A DNA stretch of 64,000 bases, from positions 30,318,001 to 30,382,000 of the forward strand of contig NW_027266341.1 in the NCBI RefSeq assembly GCF_022045235.1, written 5' to 3'. The position numbers and the translations under genes were made by a program. This document shows, in pieces, positions 53,376 through 63,715 of the stretch (position 1 is its first letter; each line of letters starts with the position of its first letter). The notes beneath the pieces were generated by a model, which worked only from the letters and a program-made list of their open reading frames with translations, ran no database searches and was not told the origin of the DNA. This DNA comes from Haliotis cracherodii. Its lineage: Eukaryota.

Positions 53376-53574
53376 ACCAATGCTCTCCGGTCATTACTTT
53401 TCACTGAACGGACCAAGCAACAACATCGTCCCTCTGATTGATGTTCCTCACGTTGTGTTGGCTGTTGGCGTTTTATCTGGAAGAAACACGTGTTTGGAGA
53501 GAGTACCATCAAGTGTTGACACACATCCGTGAAGACTTGGAAAGAAAAAACAACGAACAGAAAATCCGGACATC

Positions 53575-54595
53575 ATGTCGAAACGGTTGAATGCCAAGAC
53601 ACGGAGCGACATGGGTGGTAAAGGAAGCAGTGGAGATGGGAGCGGTGAAATGACTGCTGAACTGTGGGGTGAAGTGTACGACGTGATGTGTGCAAAGATA
53701 AAGACCGACAACGTATACGCCAAGTTACGTGCGAAGGCCGACGAAGTGATGTGCGACATGATACGTTCGAGGATAAGGCAATCGAAGGACCCCAAGAAAG
53801 TAGCACCGAAGACGAAGATAATGAAGACCCAGAAGATAAAAACAAGCAAACCAGCAGCAGCAGCAGCAGCTGCAGCGATTACCACCACCACAGCAGCAGC
53901 AGCAGCAGCAGACACCGAAACGAAGGGGACATCCTTTTTTAAACCTGCTACACCTGCAACGCCTGCAAAACGACGACCACGGAAGAAATTGTCTCTGAAG
54001 ATCTCTCATCAAGAACAACTGTAAGTACCATGCTCTTCTTTGTCTCAGTCATTCTTGATGTGATGATGATGATGATGTCGATGTTGATCGTGAGTATGAC
54101 TATTCATATGACTGAGTCTGTCCTATGATTGACAGGACCCCTGATGTCAGTTCAGCCAAGTCCGTGCTAGAACAGTGGTGGGAACAAACCCCTCGGGAGC
54201 CAACCTATTCACCGAATGCACCTGTGATGATGACGCCCGGTGACAGTGATGATCATGAAGCGCTCAAGCTGGCAACTCTCCCTTCCATGGATCTGGACAC
54301 ACCCACTCTGCTTGATGCTTCTTGGTCACCAGCATCACCGGAAGATGTCCTCTCCTCAGGTATGCCCATGGTTTGCGACGATGATGATGATGATGATGAC
54401 AACGTTGACGACGATCCTTATGGAGAAGCTCAACTCACTCCCCTACAACGCGAATGTAGTACCTGCCGACACAACAACATGTTAAGATACATCAGCTGCA
54501 ACAGTGGTCAAGTAATGTGCCATGTCTGTTTCAGGGAGGCCATACCTGTTCTACTGAGGACCAAACATGGTTGGGACCTGTTTGGGACTGTTTGA
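53575..54595 (+). CDS. Two-exon gene (53575-54020 + 54136-54595), 301 aa: K/A/T-rich basic region, acidic tract, C-terminal CxxC...CxxC
   Basis: Intron 54021-54135 (CT|gtaagt...gacag|G) joins ORFs 53575-54024 and 54125-54595 in frame. NLS-like KRRPRKK, poly-D, CSTC...CHVC. Confidence 0.65.
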
Positions 54596-55218
54596 TGGAG
54601 GACCACATGTTATGGTGACCCCATCTTCACTCGAAGAGCTTTACAACACATAAGCTGCAACAGTGGTCAAGTGATGTGGCATGTCTGTTTCAGGGAGGTC
54701 ATAGACTGTACTTGTTTAACTGATGGACCTCTCACATGTTTGATGGAGGACCACATCTTATGGGCTTGAAGATAGAAGAGCTTGAAGATGGAAGAGGAAA
54801 CGTTGTCGCGTTGTTGTTGTTGTTGTTGTTGTTGTAGGGACATGCAAAGCACTCCCTCCTCCATTGTCTTTTCGTATTTCCAATGTATCTGGTTGTGATT
54901 GCTCATTATTAAACAGTGATTGATTGATTATATAGTATAAATAGATAAAAGAGAAAGGCCATGCTTGAAAGATCAGCTGCCTGGTGTCAGTCATTCCAGT
55001 ACAAATCACCACTACCACCGTGTGCCATGTCATGTGTCATGTCATCTATCATGCCGTGTGTCAGTCAGCCCAAACACAGGATGATGTCACGTGATGAGGT
55101 GGAGGAGGTGGAGGAGGTGGAGGCTAAGGTCATGACCTTCCATTGAAGGGGGTAGGGTGGAGAGTTTCATAAAAGCAGGCGAACCCTCAGACCTTCTTTC
55201 AGTGAAGTCACAGTTATC

Positions 55219-55864
55219 ATGGAGCAAAGACGTTCTATGAATGCCATGTCATCCTCCCGAGATATTGTCACCGATTCCAAGTGGGAGTCTGAAAAGGCGG
55301 GAGAACAAGAAGCGAGAAAACGCCCACTCTTTATGGACGATACACTCTTGACTCACATGGCGACTCAGTGACATTCTGGAGATACCTTTTCCTTCTTACA
55401 CCTTGTGTCATCCTTCTCATCCCAACTATGATTCATTTCAAGAACGTCTGAGGTCTTTTCAAACGTGGCCTAAACAGATGACCCAGACCCCTTATGACAT
55501 GGCCATGGCTGGCTATTTCTATCCAGGACGAGGTGACCGTGTTATCTGTTATTGCTGCGGTGTGACACTCTGCCAATGAGAAGCCACAGACCAACCCTGG
55601 AAAGAACATCTGAAGCACGCCAAAGTCACCTGCGAATACTTGTGTGTGTTTTGTCCTGATGGAGAAGTGAACGAAAAATACAGACGTATTTGTCCCAAGA
55701 AGCACGGAAGAGAAGAGTTGAGTGTCTTGTTCACCCCAAGTGACAAAGTTTCTTTTTTTCAAAGTGTACAGACGTTCATACCCTCGTGGTCACCCCCGTG
55801 GTCACCCCTCGTGTTCACAAAAATCACAGGGATGTCCCCCCCCCCCCCCCCCCTCATCCTGTGA
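55219..55864 (+). pseudogene. BIR-domain (IAP-like) gene 2, disrupted
   Basis: From 55409: HPSHPNYDSFQERLRSFQTWP...DMAMAGYFY.GRGDRVICYCCGVTLCQ*EATDQPWKEHLKHAKVTCEYL. TGA 55577-55579 replaces the conserved Trp. Upstream ATG at 55219 follows cataaaa. Confidence 0.85.
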
Positions 55865-55989
55865 CTTTTGTTTTGTTGTGTTGGTTCATGTGATCAGGGG
55901 GGATTAAAAAAAAAGTTGAACCCATAGTAGTGTTATGTTGTGTGTAGGATGAAGAAAAAACAAAACAGGATCGAAATGCACACCCCCAT

Positions 55990-56255
55990 AAAAACCGGAT
56001 CAAAATCGGACCAATCCAAAGCCTGGGTTGTCGACCAATCAGAGACCGCGCTCGGACCATGCTGGGCTCTGATTGGCCGAACCTGGGTTGTGCTTTCTCT
56101 CCTATGGTAAAATCCATTTCCTATGGAAAAGAAACACAGGGGTTGGTCCGTTTTGGAAAACCGAGGTGTAGGTCAGGCACCGGAACGAACCAATCGGGGG
56201 TGCTGCCTGGCGAACCAATCAGGAAGCAGGGTGTCAGTGGCTCTCCTATAAAAAC
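55990..56255 (+). promoter_or_regulatory. Promoter cassette D (five CCAAT/ATTGG boxes + TATA)
   Basis: TATAAAA at 56247-56253, 38 nt before ORF 56291. Homologous to cassettes A-C. Confidence 0.75.
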
Positions 56256-56290
56256 AAAACAAGAGCGAAGCCACTCACACACTGCATTCT

Positions 56291-56875
56291 ATGAAACCAA
56301 CCATGCCAGCTCGATACAGTTGTATGAAGTGCCAGACCGACAGTCACAGTTACCTGTACTGCCCTGAAGTGACATGCCTCGAGTGTCACGCTCAAGGTCA
56401 CCGTCACTATGTCTGTCCGAAGATGAACAGTCAAGAGAAGCAGAACCTGGGCCCCTGTTACAACTGTCAAGTCATGGGTCATTTCGCTGCAGATTGTCCA
56501 GAACCCAGTCGAAAGAAGACACCCCAGCGCCCCTGTTACAACTGCCAAGTCGTGGGTCATTTCACTGCAGATTGCCCAGAACCTAGTCGAAAGAAAACGT
56601 CAGCAACACCGTTCACGTCGACACCCGTGGCATCCGTGGCACCCATGGCACCCGTGACACCCGTGACACCCGTGACACAAGTGCTTCATCTCATAGAAGA
56701 CCTAAAAGAATGCCTCACACAACTCCGTGCAGGCATCACACCTCGTCTAGAGAAAAGAAAACGGAACAGAAGCCCCTCAAGAAAACACGCTTCAAAGCGC
56801 CAACGACACCTTCAGTCCGAGGATGAGATGGAAGTAGAGGATGAAGAAGATAGATCATCTGAACAAAGTGACTAA
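56291..56875 (+). CDS. 4x CCHC zinc-knuckle protein with basic NLS-like segment and acidic tail, 194 aa
   Basis: CMKCQTDSHSYLYC, CLECHAQGHRHYVC, CYNCQVMGHFAADC, CYNCQVVGHFTADC (all Cx2Cx4Hx4C), plus KRKRNRSPSRKH. Intact frame downstream of cassette D. Confidence 0.85.
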   Translation: MKPTMPARYSCMKCQTDSHSYLYCPEVTCLECHAQGHRHYVCPKMNSQEKQNLGPCYNCQVMGHFAADCPEPSRKKTPQRPCYNCQVVGHFTADCPEPSRKKTSATPFTSTPVASVAPMAPVTPVTPVTQVLHLIEDLKECLTQLRAGITPRLEKRKRNRSPSRKHASKRQRHLQSEDEMEVEDEEDRSSEQSD

Positions 56876-56906
56876 CGCATGGGCCATGCTGCTCCACTGC
56901 TCCACT

Positions 56907-57404
56907 GCCACCCATCTCTCCCGAAAGAACGCTTTCATCCTTTGCTTTGACGACCCTCAAACCCCCACACCATGAACCCGCCTCCTCCTTCCCTCCCTTC
57001 ACCACCACCCTCCCTTCACCACCACCACCACGTCTATGTTTAGAACAACAACAACAACAACAAAACTCTTTTCTTGTTCACCTTTTACGACCGCTTCCCT
57101 GGGGTTTTTTCCCCCTTCCCTCCCTCCCTCCTCCTCCTCCTCCTCCTCCTCCTCCTCCCCTGGAAAACGGAGGCAACGTCCTCTTGGAGGTGCACGCACC
57201 ACCGGACACGGAGGCGACGCCCTCTTGGAGGTGCGCACGACACCGGACACGGATGCGACACCCTCTTGGAGGTGCACGCCACCGGAAACGGAGGCGCAGC
57301 CCTCTTGGAGGTGCGCACGCCACCGGAAACGGAGGCGACGCCATCTTGGAGGCCATCTTGGTCCTGAAATCCTGAGCGGTCCTTGACTGATGTAGACAAC
57401 TACT
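56907..57404 (-). repeat. Right TIR (498 bp) with four full subrepeats
   Basis: Reverse complement of the left TIR; begins at gccacccatctctcccgaaagaac. Confidence 0.93.
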
Positions 57405-57410
57405 GCTGGG

Positions 57411-58200
57411 CATGGCTCTGTATAAAATCGTCCAGTTACAGTTTGAATCTGATCCCCCCTCAGGTGGAGGAAGGCAATGACATGCTTCGTGATCCAGATT
57501 AAAGGAAACCCGTCCATGGAAATTACAAATGGCAGGACCGACCACTGGGAATGTCCCTGGGAGTAAACCAGAAGTAACTGCAGTGTAATGAATTTATTTG
57601 GACATGCAGAACGATATTTTTTAGATCTCCACTCACAATAAATTGCATCAGCGAAAACATGGTGCAGAGTCCGCTGACAGAGACACTGCAGAAGTGAGGA
57701 GGACGTTCCAGGTACGGGGAGTTGAAGATCTGCATATTGTACATCATGCAAACTTGTGGATTCTTCTTTGGCACTGAATATCGGTGCGAAGATGTTGTGG
57801 ATGATGGAGTCCAAGACTTGAACAGCATGATTCTTGACCAGTTTTTGTATGACGTCTCTGAGAATTGGTAGACTGGCATGAGAATAATGAATGACGAGGG
57901 GTGGTTCTGTTATTAGCAGCAAACACCCCTTCTTCAGGAAGGACGTAACAAACAGTTGCCCAGGATGGTCAAGTTGGGCCAAAACAGCCGGAAGATAGCA
58001 GGAGAAAAGTCCCAGTTGTGCAGCACAAGAGAGCAAGTACATAGGGGTGGCACTGTTTGTCTTCTGTCCCTGGTTCCGTCCTCGGAATCGTGCCAACGGA
58101 ATCAGATCCCTGTCATCCACAGGAATGGAGGATGATTGATTACCCAACTTATGAGCATCATCATCAACTTGTGGAGCCAAAGACCGCAGTCAGAGGGCAT
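57411..58200 (-). mobile_element. Decayed DIRS-like retrotransposon RT remnant (target of the Polinton insertion)
   Basis: ORF 56999-58180 has IQKLVKNHAV...FAPIF...QWSVLPFVIS...ITKHVIAFLHLRG, resembling DIRS RT (L.K.AI, F.S.IF, YQ...LPFG.S, K.V...L...G). Catalytic YxDD not seen. Confidence 0.45.
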
Positions 58201-59441
58201 GACATCGAAGGTGGGCACTTTCAGGGAGTCGATTTCCTTAGTCCCAGAAAGGACTTATCCGGGGAAGATGCAGTGGACCCAATCACAGGCGCTGGTGGAA
58301 GCCTTAAAGTGTTTAGGTCATCACCCAGCATTTCAAACATCGACGAAGAAGGGCACATCTTCTGAGGTGAATCCAGTGAGAGCTGGGACACCATCTAACA
58401 AAGGCAACCTATGGACTCCACATTACTGTGATCCTTTTCTGGGGCGAAGGATCTTGTCTCAACGGGAGAGGGAGTGCGATAACAGCAGGTCGTCTGTGTT
58501 ACAAGTGGAGAGGAACAATAAGCCGTAGTTGCCGAAGAGTGAGTGAGTATGGTTTAACGCCGCTTTTAGCAATATTCCAGCAATATCATGGCGGTGTTGC
58601 CAAAGAGGGAGACAGCAAATACACACGAGGGTGGGAAGGTACTTGCCCGATACAGGTGGTTGCACAAGGTGATGACGTCGAGGCTGACTGGCGTCCCATG
58701 GAGATAGACATGCATCTCGTTGGGTACGGGAACGGCCTCTGGGTAGAGGAGTTGAGGTAACAGTCAACTGTTGTAAAGTCCAAAAGAGCGAGAAAGCATA
58801 AAGCGTGCATAAAATATGTGCCGACTCTGTCCTTTCAGGCTAGGATCATATGGCGACATATGAGGTAGAACAGCTTTCTTGACTCATACGTCCTGGGTTG
58901 AGGCGTTGGACAGGTCGTCAGTTATTGTAGAAGTGAAGCATGGAGTAAAACTCACTTTGGCCCTGGTAGAATACTGATCTACAGCAAAATACAGGTTGAT
59001 AAAATGTCAAAAACACCAACATAGTTGGCCAGCGGCAAGCTTATCCAGGTCGGTCCTCTGTTTCGTGATGAAGTGTAATGTGGAGCAAAATCACATTTGG
59101 GTGGGTGTTTCAAGTTGCAAATTGTTGTGTTTGCTTGCAAAGTTTTTTTTTATATTTTATGCGGAAAAAGAGACAAAATGTAATGTGTGAGACAGGATAA
59201 GTATAAATGGCTAGCTCAGCACACCATCACTCTTCAAATTTTATGTAACTTAATAGAGTCGAGTTTCTGAACCTGTGGACCTTGCGAAGTTGCAAAACAT
59301 GGCATCATCAAACGCACATAATTTTACTTACCACATTCATGTATAACCTGACCAATAATGTTACAGTTCTCTGCGTGTCCGCCCATCATACCAATCACTG
59401 AAACCAAGGAAGAAGATTTAATGAGGGAGTAGTGAAAAGAG

Positions 59442-59794
59442 GTGGTGAGGTGAAATTGGGTTTAACGTCGCGTCCAAGATTATTACACTTATATAGCGAC
59501 GTGCATGTACGTGTATGTGTTTGTTAGGCTGCTTGTTCTAGTCCGGACTGATGCCGATTTATAGTGCTAGCACACTGAGATACCATGCCGCAGTTTAACA
59601 TGGATACCCCACTCAGACACAGTATACTGACTCCGAGCCGACCAGTCCTTGTTTTAGCCCCTTAATGCCGAGCGCCAGACAGGGTAACAACAAGTACCAT
59701 CTTTTAACGTCTTTTGGTATGACGCGGCCGGGGATCGAACCCCGGACCTTCCGCTCTCCGGGCGGACGCTCTACCACTAAACCACGGAGGCGGT
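59442..59794 (-). mobile_element. Full-length tRNA-derived SINE with central conserved-type domain
   Basis: Minus strand tggtttagtggtagagc (A box) and gggttcgatccc (B box). 14-bp TSD agtagtgaaaagag at 59428-59441 and 59795-59808. Confidence 0.9.
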
Positions 59795-59859
59795 AGTAGT
59801 GAAAAGAGATAGCTCAATATGTTTTGAGGTATATTGATATTGGGATTTGTTGGGATGAT

Positions 59860-60368
59860 TACAATGTTTGCACTTATGTAACCAGCTACAATTTAGAGCA
59901 TTGTCATATGTGCACTAATGTAGACAGCTACAAGATAGGGCATTATTATGTGTACACTTATGTAGCCAGCTACAAGACACAGCATTATTATGCGTACACT
60001 TATGTAGCCAGCTACAAGACACGGCAATATTTTGCGTACACTTATGTAGCCAGCTACAAGATAGAGCATTATTATATGTACACTTATGTAGCCATCTACA
60101 AGACACAGCATTATTATGTGTACACTTATGTAGCCAGCTACAAGACACGACTTTATTATATGTACACTTATCTAGCCAGCTACAAGATAGAGCATTATTA
60201 TATGTACAATTATGTAGCCATCTACAAAACATGGCATTGTTATGCGTACAATTATGTAGCCAGCTACAAGACACGGCTTTATTATATGTACACTTATGTA
60301 GCCAGCTACAAGACACATCATTATTATGCATACACTTATGTAGCCAGCTACAAGACACGGCATTATTA
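59860..60368. repeat. 42-bp minisatellite (continues at 63591-63715)
   Basis: Unit tacacttatgtagccagctacaagacacagcattattatgtg gives the 14-aa periodicity in ORF 59824-60369. Confidence 0.95.
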
Positions 60369-63300
60369 GAGAGAGAGAGTTTATTGCAGTAAAGGGGCCA
60401 CCGGCCCATTATACAATACATATTTCATTGATTTTTTCAATTCAATTGAGCGCCATACAATATTATACATTGGTCAATCAAAGTGACAATTAATTAATAT
60501 TGAGTTGTTTACATCTTTTTTTCATTGACAGGAAAATATATTTCGCTAAGACATTTACAGTGTAGGCATTTTGTGATGACAGTAGATGTTGGAATTTAAA
60601 AAGAGTTGGGTTTTGTACATAGTATTTCGGTAATAGACTTCTTATATCATTATAGAATGGGCATATCATACAAAATTGGTATTCAGTTTCGACACAAGGT
60701 ACGATACACAATGGACAGAATCTTTCATTCGCACTTATACCAAGTGTACGTCCGTATTCAATCATAAGTTTATGGTTTGAACATCTAAATTTAATCAGCG
60801 CATTTCTATAAGGATGTACAATGACAAGTGATAGGTATTCTTCAAATTTAAAGAGTCTTAACAGACTGGTACATTTTCAATTTAGAATATTTTGACAAAT
60901 CCTCAAACCACATTTGGTAATCAATCTCTTTACAACGCTCTTCAAACTCTGACAAAAAAGAAGTGGTATAATTAACATTTTGGTTTTTCAGCAATACTGG
61001 CAATGATAAATTTCTAAAATCATTACATTGGGAGCGCATTGTATTCAAAACCTTGGACATTTGAAAAGACAGAGTTTTCTGTGTTTTATACCAGGAACCA
61101 CTGATAGAGAACTGAACACCTAAATATTTATAGGAAGGAACTATTTCTAATGGTCTATTGTCGAGATAAAACTTTTCATAGTTCCTAAGTCTACCACCTT
61201 TTCTTAAAACAACTACTTTTGTTTTCTCAACATTAACACAGAGGCTCCATTTTTTACAATAAACAGATAATTTGTCAAGTCTTTTTTGTAGACCCTTTAC
61301 TGTGCTATCGAAGAGTGCCATGTCATCTGCAAACAGTAACATAAAAATATTACAAATGCCCAGTTCTATACATCTGTCCTCATCTACATTCAAAAAATCT
61401 ATAATATCATTAATATACAATGAAAAAGTAGTGGAGATAGTTGGCATCCCTGTTTCACACCATTTAAGCAGTTGTAAAACCATCCTGCAGTGAAATACAT
61501 GACTGAAAATTGGAATACATATTTCTAATAAGGCGAAAAACACTTCCTTTTATGTTGTACAACCAAATCTTATATAACATACTTTTTCTATTAATTGAAT
61601 CAAATGCAGCTTTAAGGTCAATAAAACAACAATATAATCGACTTTTATACAAAGCAAAGTATTTAGCGATCAATGTATCTAAAATAAAGATGTTGTCCAG
61701 TGTTTGAAATCCATGTCTAAAACCAGCTTGTTCAGGGATAAGAATATCATTAGTTTCAACAAATTTGGTCAGTCTGTCACATATAATTTTAACAAATATT
61801 TTACCAGAAACTTCCAATAAAGTTATGGGGCGATAATTTTTAGGATTGTTAACATTTCCTTTTTTATGAATTGGAAGTATTGCATCAAGTGACCACATAG
61901 ATACCAGTTCTCAATACTGCATTGTATAAAGTCAGTAATAGGTTAACGCAAGCAAATGGAGCATTTTTGAAAAAGTCAATTGGTATACAACTATATCCTG
62001 GAGCTTTGCCCTTTTTCATACCTGAAATAGCAGCAGTAATTTCATCATAACTAATATCTCTATCTAAATCATTCGTATTTACAGTTGTATCTATCAAATC
62101 ATCGGTGATTGAGTCAATAAAGTCCATTATGCTTTCAAAAAAGGATTGTTCATCAGGTGAAGTGCTTATGCTATTAAAGTGGCTTTCAAAATGTCTTATC
62201 CACTCAGCAGGTGTAATAACTGGGTTAGTGAATTGTCGTTTTCCCTTTAGAATTGACCAGAATAGTTTGTTGTCCCTATTAAGAAGGCTCTCCTGAAGTT
62301 TTTCCTTTTTCATATTGAGAGCACGTGTACATTTCAGGTGACATAAATGTTTGTATGATTTCCATGCTTCGATATAGGTGAGGCCGTCGCGTGTACAGTT
62401 AGTTGCATGAAATGCACGAAATTTACGGCGTGCGTCACACCTGGCTTGGTAGCATTCCGCATCACACCAGTTATGTCCCTTGTTGACTGTGGATACAGAC
62501 GGTTTCTTGAAGTCCTTTGAACATGACAGTAGCAAATCGTGGAATGTTTCAGCCACTTCCTCGACACGCCCACATGCTGCTATTGTTGTTATTTCTTGGA
62601 TAGAATGATCCGATTTTAAATTCCAATTTTCAGTGTAATTTACCATTTTGTTCTCGTTCCAGACATATCTTGACTTTTTAGATAATGTATCGTTGGTCAA
62701 CTTAGGTGATCTATATCCCTTGAACAAGACAGAGTATGTGATAGGAAAGTGTGTGGATTCAACTTCGTTACAAATATTGAAACTGGTAAACTGGTGAAAT
62801 ATGTTATTTGAGCACAAAACATAATCTACAACGCTTTGGCCCTCATTCACAACACAAGTTATTTTCCCAATGTCTTTATCTTGAAACAAACGACCATTGC
62901 AGATACGGAGTTCATTTTTCTTTCAAAAGTCTAACAATGACTTTCCCCTTTTGTTTACATTTTTGTCTTGAGATATTCTTGGGGCGGGTTCATCCATTAT
63001 ATAGTTTATATTTTCGTCAATTGGCAAATAGGTGGTATCATCATTTTCTAAATAGTCTGCTAAATTCCCAGTTCTGGCGTTAAAGTCACAATGTAGAATG
63101 AATTCACAATTTAGGAAAAGAACTTCGAAACGTATCAATATCCTCTTCTAGAATATCAAACAATTGTTCCTTTGAGTGTGAGCTGGTTGACCCTTCTGGA
63201 GAGTAATACACAGTGCCTATCACCACAGTAATGTTTAACTGAAGTTTTATCCACTGGACATTATCTGTTTTAGTACAGCCATGTAATTCACAGACGTTAG

Positions 63301-63590
63301 ATGAAATGTCTTGATTCACGAATGTGAGTATCCCGCCTGAGTTTCTGATAGCACCACTTGCTTTAGTTCTGGTTTTGCTGTATGTATTTTGCTGTATGTG
63401 TCTACTTTATCTTCTTTATTCAACCAGGATTCCACGAAACATGCTATATGATGTTTATTGATAAAATCTAAAGAAAGACTCTTTTGTAGTAATCTCTTGA
63501 AACCTTCACAGTTCCACACTGACAGTTTTAGGCTGATATTTGTGCATAATGGACGTTGGCCACACCCCTAATCATCATCCTTCGTATCTG
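60369..63590 (-). mobile_element. Decayed LINE (APE endonuclease + RT, CR1/L2-group), near full-length ORF2
   Basis: WNCEG, ESWL, CDFNARTG, NKRGKSLLDF, SVVDY, STHFPI (APE); YRPITLL, EQAGFR, IDLKAAFDSI, LLFADDMAL (RT); C-terminal CPLC...CPFY. 3' hairpin gggcc-ggt-ggccc, AATAAA and (CT)n tail. Multiple frameshifts. Confidence 0.92.
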
Positions 63591-63715
63591 TGCGTACACT
63601 TATCTAGCCAGCTACAAGATAGAGCATTATTATATGTACAGTTATGTAGCCATCTACAAGACACGGCATTATTATGTGTACATTTTAGTAGCCACCTACA
63701 AGACATGGCATTATT
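63591..63715. repeat. 42-bp minisatellite, distal part
   Basis: Same unit as 59860-60368. Confidence 0.9.

Larger units (their letters stand above)
47351..57404. mobile_element. Polinton/Maverick-type element, 10,054 bp, non-autonomous or reduced
   Basis: Termini AGTAGTTGTCTACATC...GATGTAGACAACTACT, exact 6-bp TSD GCTGGG (47345-47350 and 57405-57410), long TIRs and an internal protein-primed PolB. Confidence 0.93.

Noticed and set aside
55577-55579. Selenocysteine or alternative-code readthrough in BIR2
   Set aside because: The TGA replaces a conserved Trp by one transition, other Trp codons are TGG, and the gene has a further upstream disruption.
59824-60421. Tyr-rich 181-aa and Cys-rich 168-aa ORFs
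   Set aside because: Translations of a 42-bp minisatellite that is split by a LINE.
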